Position numbers and translations under genes: made by a program. The notes below the pieces were generated by a model, which made no database searches, was not told where the DNA came from, and saw only the letters and a program-made list of their open reading frames with translations. 64,000 bases of DNA from a bacterium (lineage in GTDB: Bacteria > Hinthialibacterota > Hinthialibacteria > Hinthialibacterales > Hinthialibacteraceae). Of this stretch, positions 20,276 to 30,103 are shown in pieces; position 1 is the stretch's first letter; the number at the start of each line of letters is the position of its first letter. The stretch covers positions 512,001 through 576,000 of the forward strand of contig CAXXMV010000008.1 in assembly GCA_963662285.2 (NCBI GenBank). The letters are read 5' to 3'.

Positions 20276-21757
20276 CTAAGCATCCGAATGCAGCAGACGC
20301 TTTAAGTGGCGCCCCGCCAGGAATTTGAAGGTATGCCAGGTGTGTCTGGGGCGGAGAATTAGGCGTTTGAATTGGCGGAAATCCTTGAATGGGCGAATAG
20401 TTTTATGCCAGTCCCACTCGTTGTACGCCATGCGTAAAGCGCGTTCCAGGTCTTCGCCGCTGAGGGCGTCCGTCCTGACAACAGCGGTGGTTCCGCCATC
20501 GTATTTCGACCAGTCGTGAGTTAGCAACTTGCCTTCTTCCTCCAACATCCGGTAGAAAGTCGAACCGGGGAATGGAGTCATGATGGAGAATTGGATGGTT
20601 TCGGGATTAAGGCGTTTGGCGAAATCAATGGTTTGACGCACGGTTTCCCAGGTCTCGCCGGGAAGCCCGAAACTGAAGGTCAAATGCTGGTTGATGCCCA
20701 ACTCGCGGGTGGCGCAGACCATCTCTTCCACTATTTTGAGGTCAAGACCCTTCTTGGCGTTATCGACCAGTTGCTGCGAACCTGATTCAACGCCGTACTT
20801 GATGCCAACCAGACCAGCGTCCTTCATAGCCGCCAGGGTTTCACGGTCAGTGGTATCAGCGCGCGCCATGGCAGCCCAGGGCAGATTGAGGTTGCGCTTC
20901 TTGATCTCATCGCAAAGCGCCAGTAGACGTTTCTTGCCAATGTTGAATGTGTCATCATCAAAATAGAACGAACGGAAGCCGTATTTTTCCACCATGGCTT
21001 CGATCTCGTCGACTACGTCTTTAGGATCGCGGGTGCGGTAGCGGTTGTTGCCATACATTATCTGCGGCCATGCGCAAAAGATGCACTGGAACGGGCAGCC
21101 CCGCGAAGCCCACATCTGCAAACTCGGTTCGGGAATCCCGCCAGGTAAATCCCAATAGCTGTGCATGGGAAGCTGGTCGCGCGAAGGCCAGGGGATGGTA
21201 TCCAAATCATCAATCAGTTCGCCGCGCTCCGTCTGATGAGCGACGCCTTGATCATCGCGATAAACCAGGTTTGGTATTGTTGAATAATCGCTGTTGGATT
21301 CGATGGCTTGGATTAATTGATGTAGAACAAAATCATATTCACCCTTGAGGACAAAATCCACCAGGGGATTCTCGTCCAGAAACTGGGTACGATACATGTC
21401 GACATGGATGCCGCAAAATATGATACGCGTATCAGGGCAAGTGTCTTTGATTTTCTGCGCCTGACGTAGGTCCGTATCGAATGAAGCGGTAGAGATTTCC
21501 AAAACTGTAATGTCCGGCTTAAAATCAATAGCGCGTTGGATAAAATCAGCTTCGCATATTCTCTCGGCTATGCCATCTACTAAACAGCAATCATAACCGG
21601 ACTTCTCCAGAATTGCGGTTGCGTAAGCCAAATAGAAAGGAAATGGAAGATAACGGGCGCCCTCTTCTTCAAAATGCGGCCAGCGCGAACCTGCGCGTAC
21701 GCCATAGTAACCTTTTTTAAACCAAGGGCCATTGCCAAGAAAAATTTTAATAGACAT
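20276..21757 (-). CDS. B12-binding domain radical SAM protein (HpnJ-like)
   Basis: RAGSRWP N-terminus; SRGCPFQCIFC; FYFDDDTF; GVESGSQ; GLPGET; PFPGS. Confidence 0.88.
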   Translation of the reverse strand: MSIKIFLGNGPWFKKGYYGVRAGSRWPHFEEEGARYLPFPFYLAYATAILEKSGYDCCLVDGIAERICEADFIQRAIDFKPDITVLEISTASFDTDLRQAQKIKDTCPDTRIIFCGIHVDMYRTQFLDENPLVDFVLKGEYDFVLHQLIQAIESNSDYSTIPNLVYRDDQGVAHQTERGELIDDLDTIPWPSRDQLPMHSYWDLPGGIPEPSLQMWASRGCPFQCIFCAWPQIMYGNNRYRTRDPKDVVDEIEAMVEKYGFRSFYFDDDTFNIGKKRLLALCDEIKKRNLNLPWAAMARADTTDRETLAAMKDAGLVGIKYGVESGSQQLVDNAKKGLDLKIVEEMVCATRELGINQHLTFSFGLPGETWETVRQTIDFAKRLNPETIQFSIMTPFPGSTFYRMLEEEGKLLTHDWSKYDGGTTAVVRTDALSGEDLERALRMAYNEWDWHKTIRPFKDFRQFKRLILRPRHTWHTFKFLAGRHLKRLLHSDA

Positions 21758-21814
21758 CCGGTTGCATCCTCTGCTTTATTGCGGTGTAAATGATAAGAGA
21801 GTAATCCTCAAGAG

Positions 21815-22627
21815 TTATATTATTCCGAAAACGACCATAAAAGAAACCATCACTGGAACAACGGAAACGCAAAGCGCTTGCAAGAAAGTCAGTTTTTGTA
21901 CAATTTGAAATCCGCGCATACACATCATCACCGAGCCGATTTCCGCCATAAAAATACCGACAAACGGGATGATCAGCAGACATTGCGCTATCATCGAATA
22001 ACATCGAATCTGAAATGTAGCGTTAAATCCTTCCCTTCCCTTGAATAACAGAATTAAAACCTGCTGCATCATCGAAGCCAGAAATATATGAAATAATAAA
22101 TAGTTCAGCGGCATGGAAAGGATTTGCGAATTAGTAACCGATAAAAATCTCTGCTTGATCTCCTCTTGCATTTCAGCGGGAGATTGCTCTGCATCAGTTT
22201 GAAAAAGAACCATACCCTCAGGAGATATATTATCGAGAATTGATGGAAAAATGTATTTTATATAAATAATGTTCATCGGAAACCAGAAAACCATTATGCA
22301 GATTACGGCGAAAAGCAGCGGAGCAAGCATCTCTTTCTCTTTAGGAAGATTAGAGAAAAAGCGCACTGGTTGAAAAACGGCTTGCTTAGCGGTATCTAAA
22401 AATGCTCTTAGAGGCCCTAATTCACGCCAACTTTGCCAGGGGATGCTCTTGGCCGGTTTCGGTTTTTCTTCTTTAATATCCCTGACGCCAGCCGCATATC
22501 CATCCCAACATATTTGACAAAAAGGCTCGCCTTCCACTGTAATAGTGCAGGACTCACATATTTCGCGTTGACAATGGCGGCAAGTATGAACCGCTTCTTT
22601 ACTTGAATGATATTTACATTGACTCAT
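21815..22627 (-). CDS. B-box-like zinc-finger + YIP1-like membrane protein
   Basis: CKYH..CRHC..ICESC..FCQIC; PW...AFLDT...PVRFF followed by several TM helices. Confidence 0.75.
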   Translation of the reverse strand: MSQCKYHSSKEAVHTCRHCQREICESCTITVEGEPFCQICWDGYAAGVRDIKEEKPKPAKSIPWQSWRELGPLRAFLDTAKQAVFQPVRFFSNLPKEKEMLAPLLFAVICIMVFWFPMNIIYIKYIFPSILDNISPEGMVLFQTDAEQSPAEMQEEIKQRFLSVTNSQILSMPLNYLLFHIFLASMMQQVLILLFKGREGFNATFQIRCYSMIAQCLLIIPFVGIFMAEIGSVMMCMRGFQIVQKLTFLQALCVSVVPVMVSFMVVFGII

Positions 22628-23030
22628 AAGATTTCAGGTAACAATAATTTCCAATATTTCTAAATTTTATACAAAACAGCGCTTTGAATATGCATAAAGA
22701 TTTGCTAAACATAACAACAGCAGCCTCTATAGTATGATATCGCAATCAACCTGAATATGTAAGAAATCGGGTTAAATTCATTTGAATCGTAATTTCAGAG
22801 CGGTTTGCATAATCACATTTGGCCTCCCCAAAAAGCCATTTATGACAAGAAAAATCTTCAAAAAACGAACTTTGCACGGAAAATGACATTTACAAACCTA
22901 GTAATTACAAATACTTATACCGCACTTTTCAACTAAGATCAATCATTTGATCTTAACAAAATAATCCAGGGCGCATTGGATTTTACCCAACACGCCCCGG
23001 TTTTTTATGTATAACATAAACACGATGCAT

Positions 23031-23921
23031 CTATTCAAATAAAGCCCAATTATCCAGTCCGGCGTCTGCTAGTTTGGTCATTTCGTAGGTTCCTGAAAAG
23101 GTTTTGGATACCAGATTGGAAACGTCTACGGTGAATTCCCAGGTTCCTGCTATATGAGTATTATCATCATTGCCCTGCCCTGTACCACTCAGGGTGAAAG
23201 TTGTTTCACCAACTATGGGAAGTTCAACAGGTTCAGTAGTATAGGTAAAATCAAATTCTTTCTGTTGTGAATAAGAGAAAAGTCCGGCCAACGCCAGCAT
23301 TTGGGCATTAGAAGACCCGGTTGGAGCATAGTTGCCCATCAGGGTTCCATCGGGATTCATGGTCACTTCGCCGGTCCAGTCGATATTGGCGCCAGTTAGA
23401 GTAATTTCCCACACGCCAGCCAACGCTGCTCCGGGAGTTCCGGGATCAAAACCATCTCTGGTGAGGATGAATGATTTTCCATCTGAATCGCTAATGTTGC
23501 CATCTGGAGTAGTATAAGTTTCTAAATTCTTCCATACGCCGACCACCATATTAGCGTCATCTGATATCATGCCTGATCCAGTCACAACAAGTTTAACAGA
23601 TATGGCGCCATCTGCATCCAAGGCTGTTCCATTGCCAACTCCGGTATATAAAAGTTGTCCATCTGCCAGAGCGGTAAACTTACCAGTATGACCCACGTCA
23701 AAAATATACTCGGTTTCACCAATTATGTACGGATAGGTTTCCGAAAAAACAGTATTACCATTGTTACTAATAGTAACTATACTTTGTTCGCCTCCCTCGA
23801 TATCCGTCTCTAGATTCCAATCGCCCTCAAGTTGATCAACCTGAGCCCAAACAGGCGACAGAGAAATAAGAATCCCTGCGCAAACCATCATAAGAAAAGC
23901 ATTGCGTTTGTTCAGATACAT
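23031..23921 (-). CDS. Secreted beta-rich acidic protein with C-terminal DNWALFE motif
   Basis: GGAGG RBS before ATG 23921; signal peptide ending VWA-Q; internal GxW repeats (EGDWN, VGVWK, AGVWE, AGTWE). Confidence 0.8.
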   Translation of the reverse strand: MYLNKRNAFLMMVCAGILISLSPVWAQVDQLEGDWNLETDIEGGEQSIVTISNNGNTVFSETYPYIIGETEYIFDVGHTGKFTALADGQLLYTGVGNGTALDADGAISVKLVVTGSGMISDDANMVVGVWKNLETYTTPDGNISDSDGKSFILTRDGFDPGTPGAALAGVWEITLTGANIDWTGEVTMNPDGTLMGNYAPTGSSNAQMLALAGLFSYSQQKEFDFTYTTEPVELPIVGETTFTLSGTGQGNDDNTHIAGTWEFTVDVSNLVSKTFSGTYEMTKLADAGLDNWALFE

Positions 23922-24289
23922 AAAAAAACCTCCATTAATAATTTTGAGGTTAGTTAATAGCAAAAGATTTGCCATAATATATAAATAATAAAAATATCAC
24001 TTAATCGTATCAAATATACCATGAAATACATAAAATATTTACATGTTCAATAATACAAATAATAGATTAATTCATCTTTTGTACTACACTGTAATCCTGG
24101 GATTTGTGAATCTGAATTTAGAGTGATTTCTAGATGGATAACAATAAATAAATAAATATATTTATTGTTATAGGTATAAATCTATAAGGATAAGTTACTT
24201 AAAATCAATAAAAATGAGAATCAGAAGGCAAAATACTCCCTTTCATGTAAGAGAACAGTAATTCATGCCATAAATACCATTGCAACATA

Positions 24290-25402
24290 TCAATATGGAA
24301 AACGGTATTGCAGCGGCGAGTGAGTTTGGTTTCTAGAGATATTACTCAGACCTTCGGATAGATAATCCAATAGGCTGCTTTCTCGTTTTTTGCGTTCAAT
24401 AACGGTCGGTTCGCCGCTGATTCCAGACATTTCAGCTGCAAGTTTAATGGCGTCTTCCAGCGATCCCAGTTTATCCACCAAACCCACCTTCAAAGCCTGC
24501 CGTCCGGTGTAGACTTTTCCTTCAGATACGGCGCGGGTGAAAGCAAGCAGCGTTTCCTTATCCGGGGTTGGATCAATTTTCACAGCAGTAGTAGTATCAT
24601 CAATATCACTACTGGCCGATAAGACAGTATCAGAAACAACGAGACCAGTCATGTCGTCATCAGGAAGCGTCCGCTGATATTTTTCAACAATATTCACAAC
24701 ATCCTGGGAAAGCGGGTATTTCACTTCTGTAGCGTCATCCCACTTATTCATCAGATGGGAAAACGGTTCTTTACGTCCTTTCATGACGGCTTCGACGAAC
24801 TGCTCATAGGTATCATCGATCACGCCCTGCATCATCTCACGTTCTTTATAGGAGAGACCTCTTTCCATTGAACCGAAATCCTTGTATTCGCCTGCTTTAA
24901 CTGTGTCGTAGGTAAAACCGATTTTCTCCATCAGTTCTTTGGCTACGGGAAACTTGGCGTAAACGCCGATGCTTCCCGTCATCGAACCGGCGGCGGAAAC
25001 GATCTGATCGGCGTTGCATGCCACATAATACCCTCCTGACGCAGCCACAGATCCGAACGACGCCACTACAATTTTTCCGTATTCCTCTTGGGCTTTAACC
25101 AGCGCCTCATATAAATCCTGCGAAGGACCGACCGCGCCGCCGGGACTTTCCACGCGCAGCACAATTGCCTGGACGGATGAATCTTCCTGATAATCCTGCA
25201 CCTGATCAATCCAATCCTCTGCATCGTAGATAATGCCTTCAACCCGCACCAGGGCTATTCGTTTTGATCCAAGTAAATTAGGCGTCGTGCCTTGCAACAC
25301 AAAAACCATCATCGTTGCGAATAATCCAACCACCACAATTACTACAATCAAGAAGGTTAAAAGAAGCAATATTCCAGTGCTCTTTTTCATAATCGATTTC
25401 AA
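24290..25402 (-). CDS. sppA: Signal peptide peptidase SppA (36K type) with an internal insertion
   Basis: LRVESPGG, SVAASGGYYVA, TGSIGV, KAGEYKD, GKVYTGRQALKVGLVDKLG. Confidence 0.93.
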   Translation of the reverse strand: MKSIMKKSTGILLLLTFLIVVIVVVGLFATMMVFVLQGTTPNLLGSKRIALVRVEGIIYDAEDWIDQVQDYQEDSSVQAIVLRVESPGGAVGPSQDLYEALVKAQEEYGKIVVASFGSVAASGGYYVACNADQIVSAAGSMTGSIGVYAKFPVAKELMEKIGFTYDTVKAGEYKDFGSMERGLSYKEREMMQGVIDDTYEQFVEAVMKGRKEPFSHLMNKWDDATEVKYPLSQDVVNIVEKYQRTLPDDDMTGLVVSDTVLSASSDIDDTTTAVKIDPTPDKETLLAFTRAVSEGKVYTGRQALKVGLVDKLGSLEDAIKLAAEMSGISGEPTVIERKKRESSLLDYLSEGLSNISRNQTHSPLQYRFPY

Positions 25403-25588
25403 CCGTATCCTTAAGTATTGATTTTTATTTATAATACTATGTTCTTAATATTATTAGAACGATTCTTAAAATTAAGTGGATTAAAATCCCCAAATATGAG
25501 ACTTTACGCCGATACAACGCTTCTCATAAACTTTTGTGATCCGCTATAATCGAAATAATATAGTGATATCCTAAGTGTTAATTAAGAA

Positions 25589-26659
25589 TTGAGCAATAGC
25601 ATGCCGAATGAATATTTCATCGTTTTCATTATCAGTGCTTTAACATCGTTGGTCATGACTCCGCTCATGCGGCGGCTGGCCGCCGTATTGGATATCACCG
25701 ATCATCCATCAGAGCGGAAAATCCATACACGTCCCATACCATATTTAGGCGGCTTGGCCTTTCATTTCTCTATGACAGCGGCGCTGCTGTTTATTTTTAT
25801 TCGTGCGCCTTACATGCTTGGCATACAGATATCGCCCCGTCAATTACTGGCGCTTTATTTTACCGCAATGGGTTTCCAAGTATTGGGAATCTATGACGAT
25901 ATCCGGCCAGTGGCGCCCAGAGTCAAATTATTTTTTCAAGCCTTACTGGCGTTTATGCTGGTTCGTGAAGGTTTCCTGATAGATCAAATGACCAATCCAT
26001 TAGGCGGAACCATTCCTCTGGGCTGGCTGGGATGGGCGGTTTCAATTCTGTGGATTCTGACCATCGTCAACGCCATCAATTTCATTGACGGTCTTGACGG
26101 TTTGGCTGCGGGGATAGTCTTTTTCGCCGCTTTGGCCAATTTCGTTATTGCGCTGCACCCCTGGCAGAATTTCATCTGCATCATTTCGCTTATACTAATG
26201 GGCGCCACCCTGGGCTTTTTGCCCTATAATTTCTCCCCGGCCAGGATATTCATGGGCGACGCGGGCAGTCTTTATCTTGGAGTATTGATAGCCGGATCGT
26301 CGCTAGTCAGCAATACCAAAGGCGCCACAGTCATGTCTCTGTCGCTGCCGCTGGTTATTTTGTCCATCCCCTTACTGGATACCACATTGACGGTAATCCG
26401 CCGGGGTCAGAGAGGGCTGAAATTCTTCACCGCCGACCGGGAGCATATTCACCACCGGGTATTGCGGCTGGGTTTCACCGATCGGCAGGCGGTTCTGTCG
26501 ATCTATGGCTTATGTTTTCTACTGGCCATGTCGGCTATTCTGGCCGATCAGCTGCCGGAGCAATATAAACTGATTTTTATGTTTGTATTTTTAACCGCTA
26601 TCGCGTGGGGATTCTGGATATTCTCAGCGTTAGAAGAGAGAGTCATAACGAAAAAGTAA
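25589..26659 (+). CDS. wecA: MraY/WecA family undecaprenyl-phosphate GlcNAc-1-phosphate transferase
   Basis: RKIH..PIPYLGG, GIYDD, NAINFIDGLDGLAAG, IFMGDAGS, DREHIHH. Confidence 0.9.
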   Translation: MSNSMPNEYFIVFIISALTSLVMTPLMRRLAAVLDITDHPSERKIHTRPIPYLGGLAFHFSMTAALLFIFIRAPYMLGIQISPRQLLALYFTAMGFQVLGIYDDIRPVAPRVKLFFQALLAFMLVREGFLIDQMTNPLGGTIPLGWLGWAVSILWILTIVNAINFIDGLDGLAAGIVFFAALANFVIALHPWQNFICIISLILMGATLGFLPYNFSPARIFMGDAGSLYLGVLIAGSSLVSNTKGATVMSLSLPLVILSIPLLDTTLTVIRRGQRGLKFFTADREHIHHRVLRLGFTDRQAVLSIYGLCFLLAMSAILADQLPEQYKLIFMFVFLTAIAWGFWIFSALEERVITKK

Positions 26660-26731
26660 AAAACGGTTTTCATGGTCAGAATAATTTTGTGGTTTTTTGA
26701 TGGGTCGATAAGGCTAACTCATCAACATTGG

Positions 26732-27865
26732 CTAGTGCAAGTCCTCATAAAACGATGCGGCGGATTGAGTTGATTTGCTTTGTTGGAACAACCATTGATA
26801 TAACCCAGGATAGGTAAGTGCATGCATAACGCAATCATGACCAACATCGGGAAAAACAGTGTATTTAACATTGCCTCCCAGCGCCCGTAGATTATTAACG
26901 GTTTCAGCATCCCACGCTTCAGGGACAACACTGTCTTTGGCGCCATGAAAGGCCCAGACCGGGACGGATACCAGAGGTTCCAAATTAACCGCTGGTATCG
27001 AATAACCTGCATCAGTAGCCGCCACTCCGGCGCCGCAGATGGGAACCGCAGCGGCGATCAATTCTGGATAAGCGCTGGCAAAACTCCATGTGCCAAATCC
27101 TCCCATGCTGCCTCCAAATATATAAATCCGCTTTGTATTAATACTTAATTTCGATGTTAATTCAGTAACTGTTTCATTCAAGCGACGATCCGACCACACT
27201 GCACTATAACAATATGGAATCACAATAACGCATTCAAATAATTGAGGAAATTTTTCCCGATTTGATGGATTACTTACCAATTGCAGCGGCCCTCCATTTC
27301 TTAGAACATTCATTTCTTCTGATAGAGGGCCTCCATGCAACCATATAATTATAGGCCATTCTTTTTCTATGGTCTTGTAATCCTCAGGTACATATAACCA
27401 ATAGTTATATGATAATTCAGAATTAATCGGGACTTGTTCCCCTGGAGTAGGTTTGGGATATAACAAAATCTTGGTTCCAGTAATCTCTACTTCATCCACT
27501 TTGCCGGAAAAAACTCCATCCCGGTCGGCATTGGTCGGCGACTTAAGAAAATACTTAATGGTTTTTTCTCCAGTAAATTCGGTTAAATTCCATGTGATTT
27601 TTCCGTCAACTCTGGAGCCGTCATTCATTACTCGAGTGATCGTCCAACCTACCGGTGGTTGTTCTATTACGGTGATAGAACCTGGATCGCCTGATATAGT
27701 GATCGAGACGATAATGGGTTCTCCCTGGAGAAAATATTCATCGATCGCGCCTGACAATGTTCGCGTTGCTTGTACGTCGCCTTGGGCAGTAATTTCTACG
27801 AAAAAAAATGTCAGGAAAAATGTAATTACCAGAAAATGGATTCGCATCATAATATCCTTTTGCAT
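26732..27865 (-). CDS. Secreted esterase/peptidase (alpha/beta hydrolase) with N-terminal beta-sandwich domain
   Basis: Signal peptide; WPIIIWLHG, GGSMGG nucleophile, PVWAFHGAKDSVV, GH. Confidence 0.85.
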   Translation of the reverse strand: MQKDIMMRIHFLVITFFLTFFFVEITAQGDVQATRTLSGAIDEYFLQGEPIIVSITISGDPGSITVIEQPPVGWTITRVMNDGSRVDGKITWNLTEFTGEKTIKYFLKSPTNADRDGVFSGKVDEVEITGTKILLYPKPTPGEQVPINSELSYNYWLYVPEDYKTIEKEWPIIIWLHGGPLSEEMNVLRNGGPLQLVSNPSNREKFPQLFECVIVIPYCYSAVWSDRRLNETVTELTSKLSINTKRIYIFGGSMGGFGTWSFASAYPELIAAAVPICGAGVAATDAGYSIPAVNLEPLVSVPVWAFHGAKDSVVPEAWDAETVNNLRALGGNVKYTVFPDVGHDCVMHALTYPGLYQWLFQQSKSTQSAASFYEDLH

Positions 27866-27937
27866 TAATCGCGCAGATCAGATTTTTATAAACATCGTAA
27901 TCCTCTTACAAAGGGTGAGGCATAATCCTTCACCCGG

Positions 27938-28741
27938 TTATAGGCGATCCAGATCATTCTGAACCCGGCGACTCCTTAAATAGAGAACGCCAATAACAAC
28001 AATAAACACTATCAGGACAGCCCAGATAAACCGCACAATCTGAAGATCGCTATCCCAATAGAATTGCTCATACTCTTTCTTTTCGGGCATCTGAATTGAT
28101 GCAGCAACTTTTTGAACGCCGGATTGCGGCAAGTTAATTTCGATGTTAATCGATTCAGTAGCGGGGAAATATCCTTTATCCGCCATAGCGGGAAAGTCGA
28201 ATTTAGTCACATCCTTATAAGGAATATGCCCACTATATTTCACTCCACCTTGGGTGGAGAATCCCACTTGCTTCCAACCGGGAATAACCAACAGGCTATC
28301 ATCTTTATAATTTAGCGGCACAGTGGCTTGCCGGGGTATATCAGCAGGAATGGAACATTTGTAGGCGATATCTATCTTAATGACGCTCATGCCATTATGT
28401 CCATACGACTCATAAGCGTCTCCCTGGACGAATTGCAATTCAAGTTTCGTCTGACCGATAACAAGCGTTTGATTGTTGGCATATTTCTGCGCCGCAGTAT
28501 TAACATACTCATCACGCTCTTGATCGGTAATAGTTCCATCTTTATCAGCATCAAGCATACGAACCGCTAAAGCAGTAGGATTCTTACCAAGCAATAATTC
28601 ATAAATAATCACCAGATTATCGGGAGTTAAGGTTATATGGGCGTAACGATCAATGCTGTCCGGGTGTAAAGCATGGCTACAGACGTTAAGCGTTGGCAGC
28701 AGAAGGGGGAACAATAACAGAAGTAATTTATGTATTTTCAT
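27938..28741 (-). CDS. Exported protein with EF-hand-like loop and C-terminal membrane anchor
   Basis: Signal peptide, then HALHP (possible metal site); DADKDGTITDQE; C-terminal TM helix followed by RSRR. Confidence 0.7.
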   Translation of the reverse strand: MKIHKLLLLLFPLLLPTLNVCSHALHPDSIDRYAHITLTPDNLVIIYELLLGKNPTALAVRMLDADKDGTITDQERDEYVNTAAQKYANNQTLVIGQTKLELQFVQGDAYESYGHNGMSVIKIDIAYKCSIPADIPRQATVPLNYKDDSLLVIPGWKQVGFSTQGGVKYSGHIPYKDVTKFDFPAMADKGYFPATESINIEINLPQSGVQKVAASIQMPEKKEYEQFYWDSDLQIVRFIWAVLIVFIVVIGVLYLRSRRVQNDLDRL

Positions 28742-28788
28742 TCTATCCCAAGATTAAACAACATTTTAATTTGGATTATCAAAACGCA

Positions 28789-30099
28789 TTATTCAGACTC
28801 AACAGACCGGAAAAGCAGTCCAGTAGGTATTTTTGGATAAAAATCGGTGGATTTCTGCGGCATGCGTACATTATACTGCGACACATCATAAACGGTTTGA
28901 GGAGAAAGCCCGCCAAGCAGAAAGGCCGCTTGAGCTTCACCCGATTTCACCAGGGATATTGCGTTTTCCTCACCCCGGACATATTTGGTAATTGATTGCA
29001 AATCCTCGGCTGCAAGCCCTAAACACGACTCAAATATAAAATTATGCAAAATAGAGACATTCAAACGCCTTAAAGGCGCTTCCAAAGCCTGTAAAGAGGA
29101 AGGTTCCGCATCAGGCTTGAATTTGATCAATAAACTCCGGTCATCGCCAATCACGGCAATGGTCTGTTGATGTTCAGGTTGCGCTAACATATCGCGCAGT
29201 GCAGAACCATTACAATCGGTTAGTTCTTCAATATCACAATAGGGAGCGGCTTTTGACTTTATCTGCTCCATCCAGCCATCCGGCGCTTTTTTCAACACCC
29301 GGTGCGTCGGGAGTACCAATAATCCAGGGCTGTTCATGGGGACAATCAATGCCATTACGCTGCCCCAAGGTTGATTATCAGGATTTAGACCAGTTTGCTC
29401 CATCATCTGGCGCTTATAATTCTGAGAGGTTTCATATCGATGATGCCCATCTGCAATAACCAGGATCAAACTGTTGATATATTGCTGGACGGCTTGAACT
29501 GCATCAGCATCTGAAATGGGTAATAATTCATGCTTCTGACCATCCAGACCATTAAACGAAACCAATGGTTCACCTGTTTGAGTTAGAATACCATTCCATG
29601 AGTCATACTCGCCATCAGCTATTAAGAAAATAGGTGAAAGATTTGAATGCGAGGCGTTAATCAAGCGTAAACGATCCGCTTTGGGGCCTTCAAAAGTTCT
29701 TTCATGCGACAAAGGAGCATCATTATCATCCAACTTAAGTGATACAAACAATCCGGTTCGCGTATAAGGTTGATCCATATAAGTATATGTCTGACGATAT
29801 ACGTAAAATTGGCAGGGATCAGTTTGCAATACTCCATTCTCTCGCCAGGCGCGATATTGGGCGGCGGCTGACTGATACCAGTCTCCAGATTCAGATTCGG
29901 TAGATTGAGTGGCTACATCAACATCAGAATCACCAGGCGGTGGAAGAATCAGGCGCACAACATTTTTATCATGCTGATTCCATAATATCTTACGATCTTC
30001 CGCCGAGATATTATCATAGGGCTGTGAAATAACCGAAGCCAAATTATCGAAGCAATCCAGGTTATACCGAATTCCGGGAAAAGGTGATACATTAGCCAT
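28789..30099 (-). CDS. DUF1015 family protein
   Basis: PFPGIRY, PYD, HERT, IADGHHRYET, MPQKSTDFYPK. Confidence 0.9.
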   Translation of the reverse strand: MANVSPFPGIRYNLDCFDNLASVISQPYDNISAEDRKILWNQHDKNVVRLILPPPGDSDVDVATQSTESESGDWYQSAAAQYRAWRENGVLQTDPCQFYVYRQTYTYMDQPYTRTGLFVSLKLDDNDAPLSHERTFEGPKADRLRLINASHSNLSPIFLIADGEYDSWNGILTQTGEPLVSFNGLDGQKHELLPISDADAVQAVQQYINSLILVIADGHHRYETSQNYKRQMMEQTGLNPDNQPWGSVMALIVPMNSPGLLVLPTHRVLKKAPDGWMEQIKSKAAPYCDIEELTDCNGSALRDMLAQPEHQQTIAVIGDDRSLLIKFKPDAEPSSLQALEAPLRRLNVSILHNFIFESCLGLAAEDLQSITKYVRGEENAISLVKSGEAQAAFLLGGLSPQTVYDVSQYNVRMPQKSTDFYPKIPTGLLFRSVESE

Positions 30100-30103
30100 G
30101 ATT

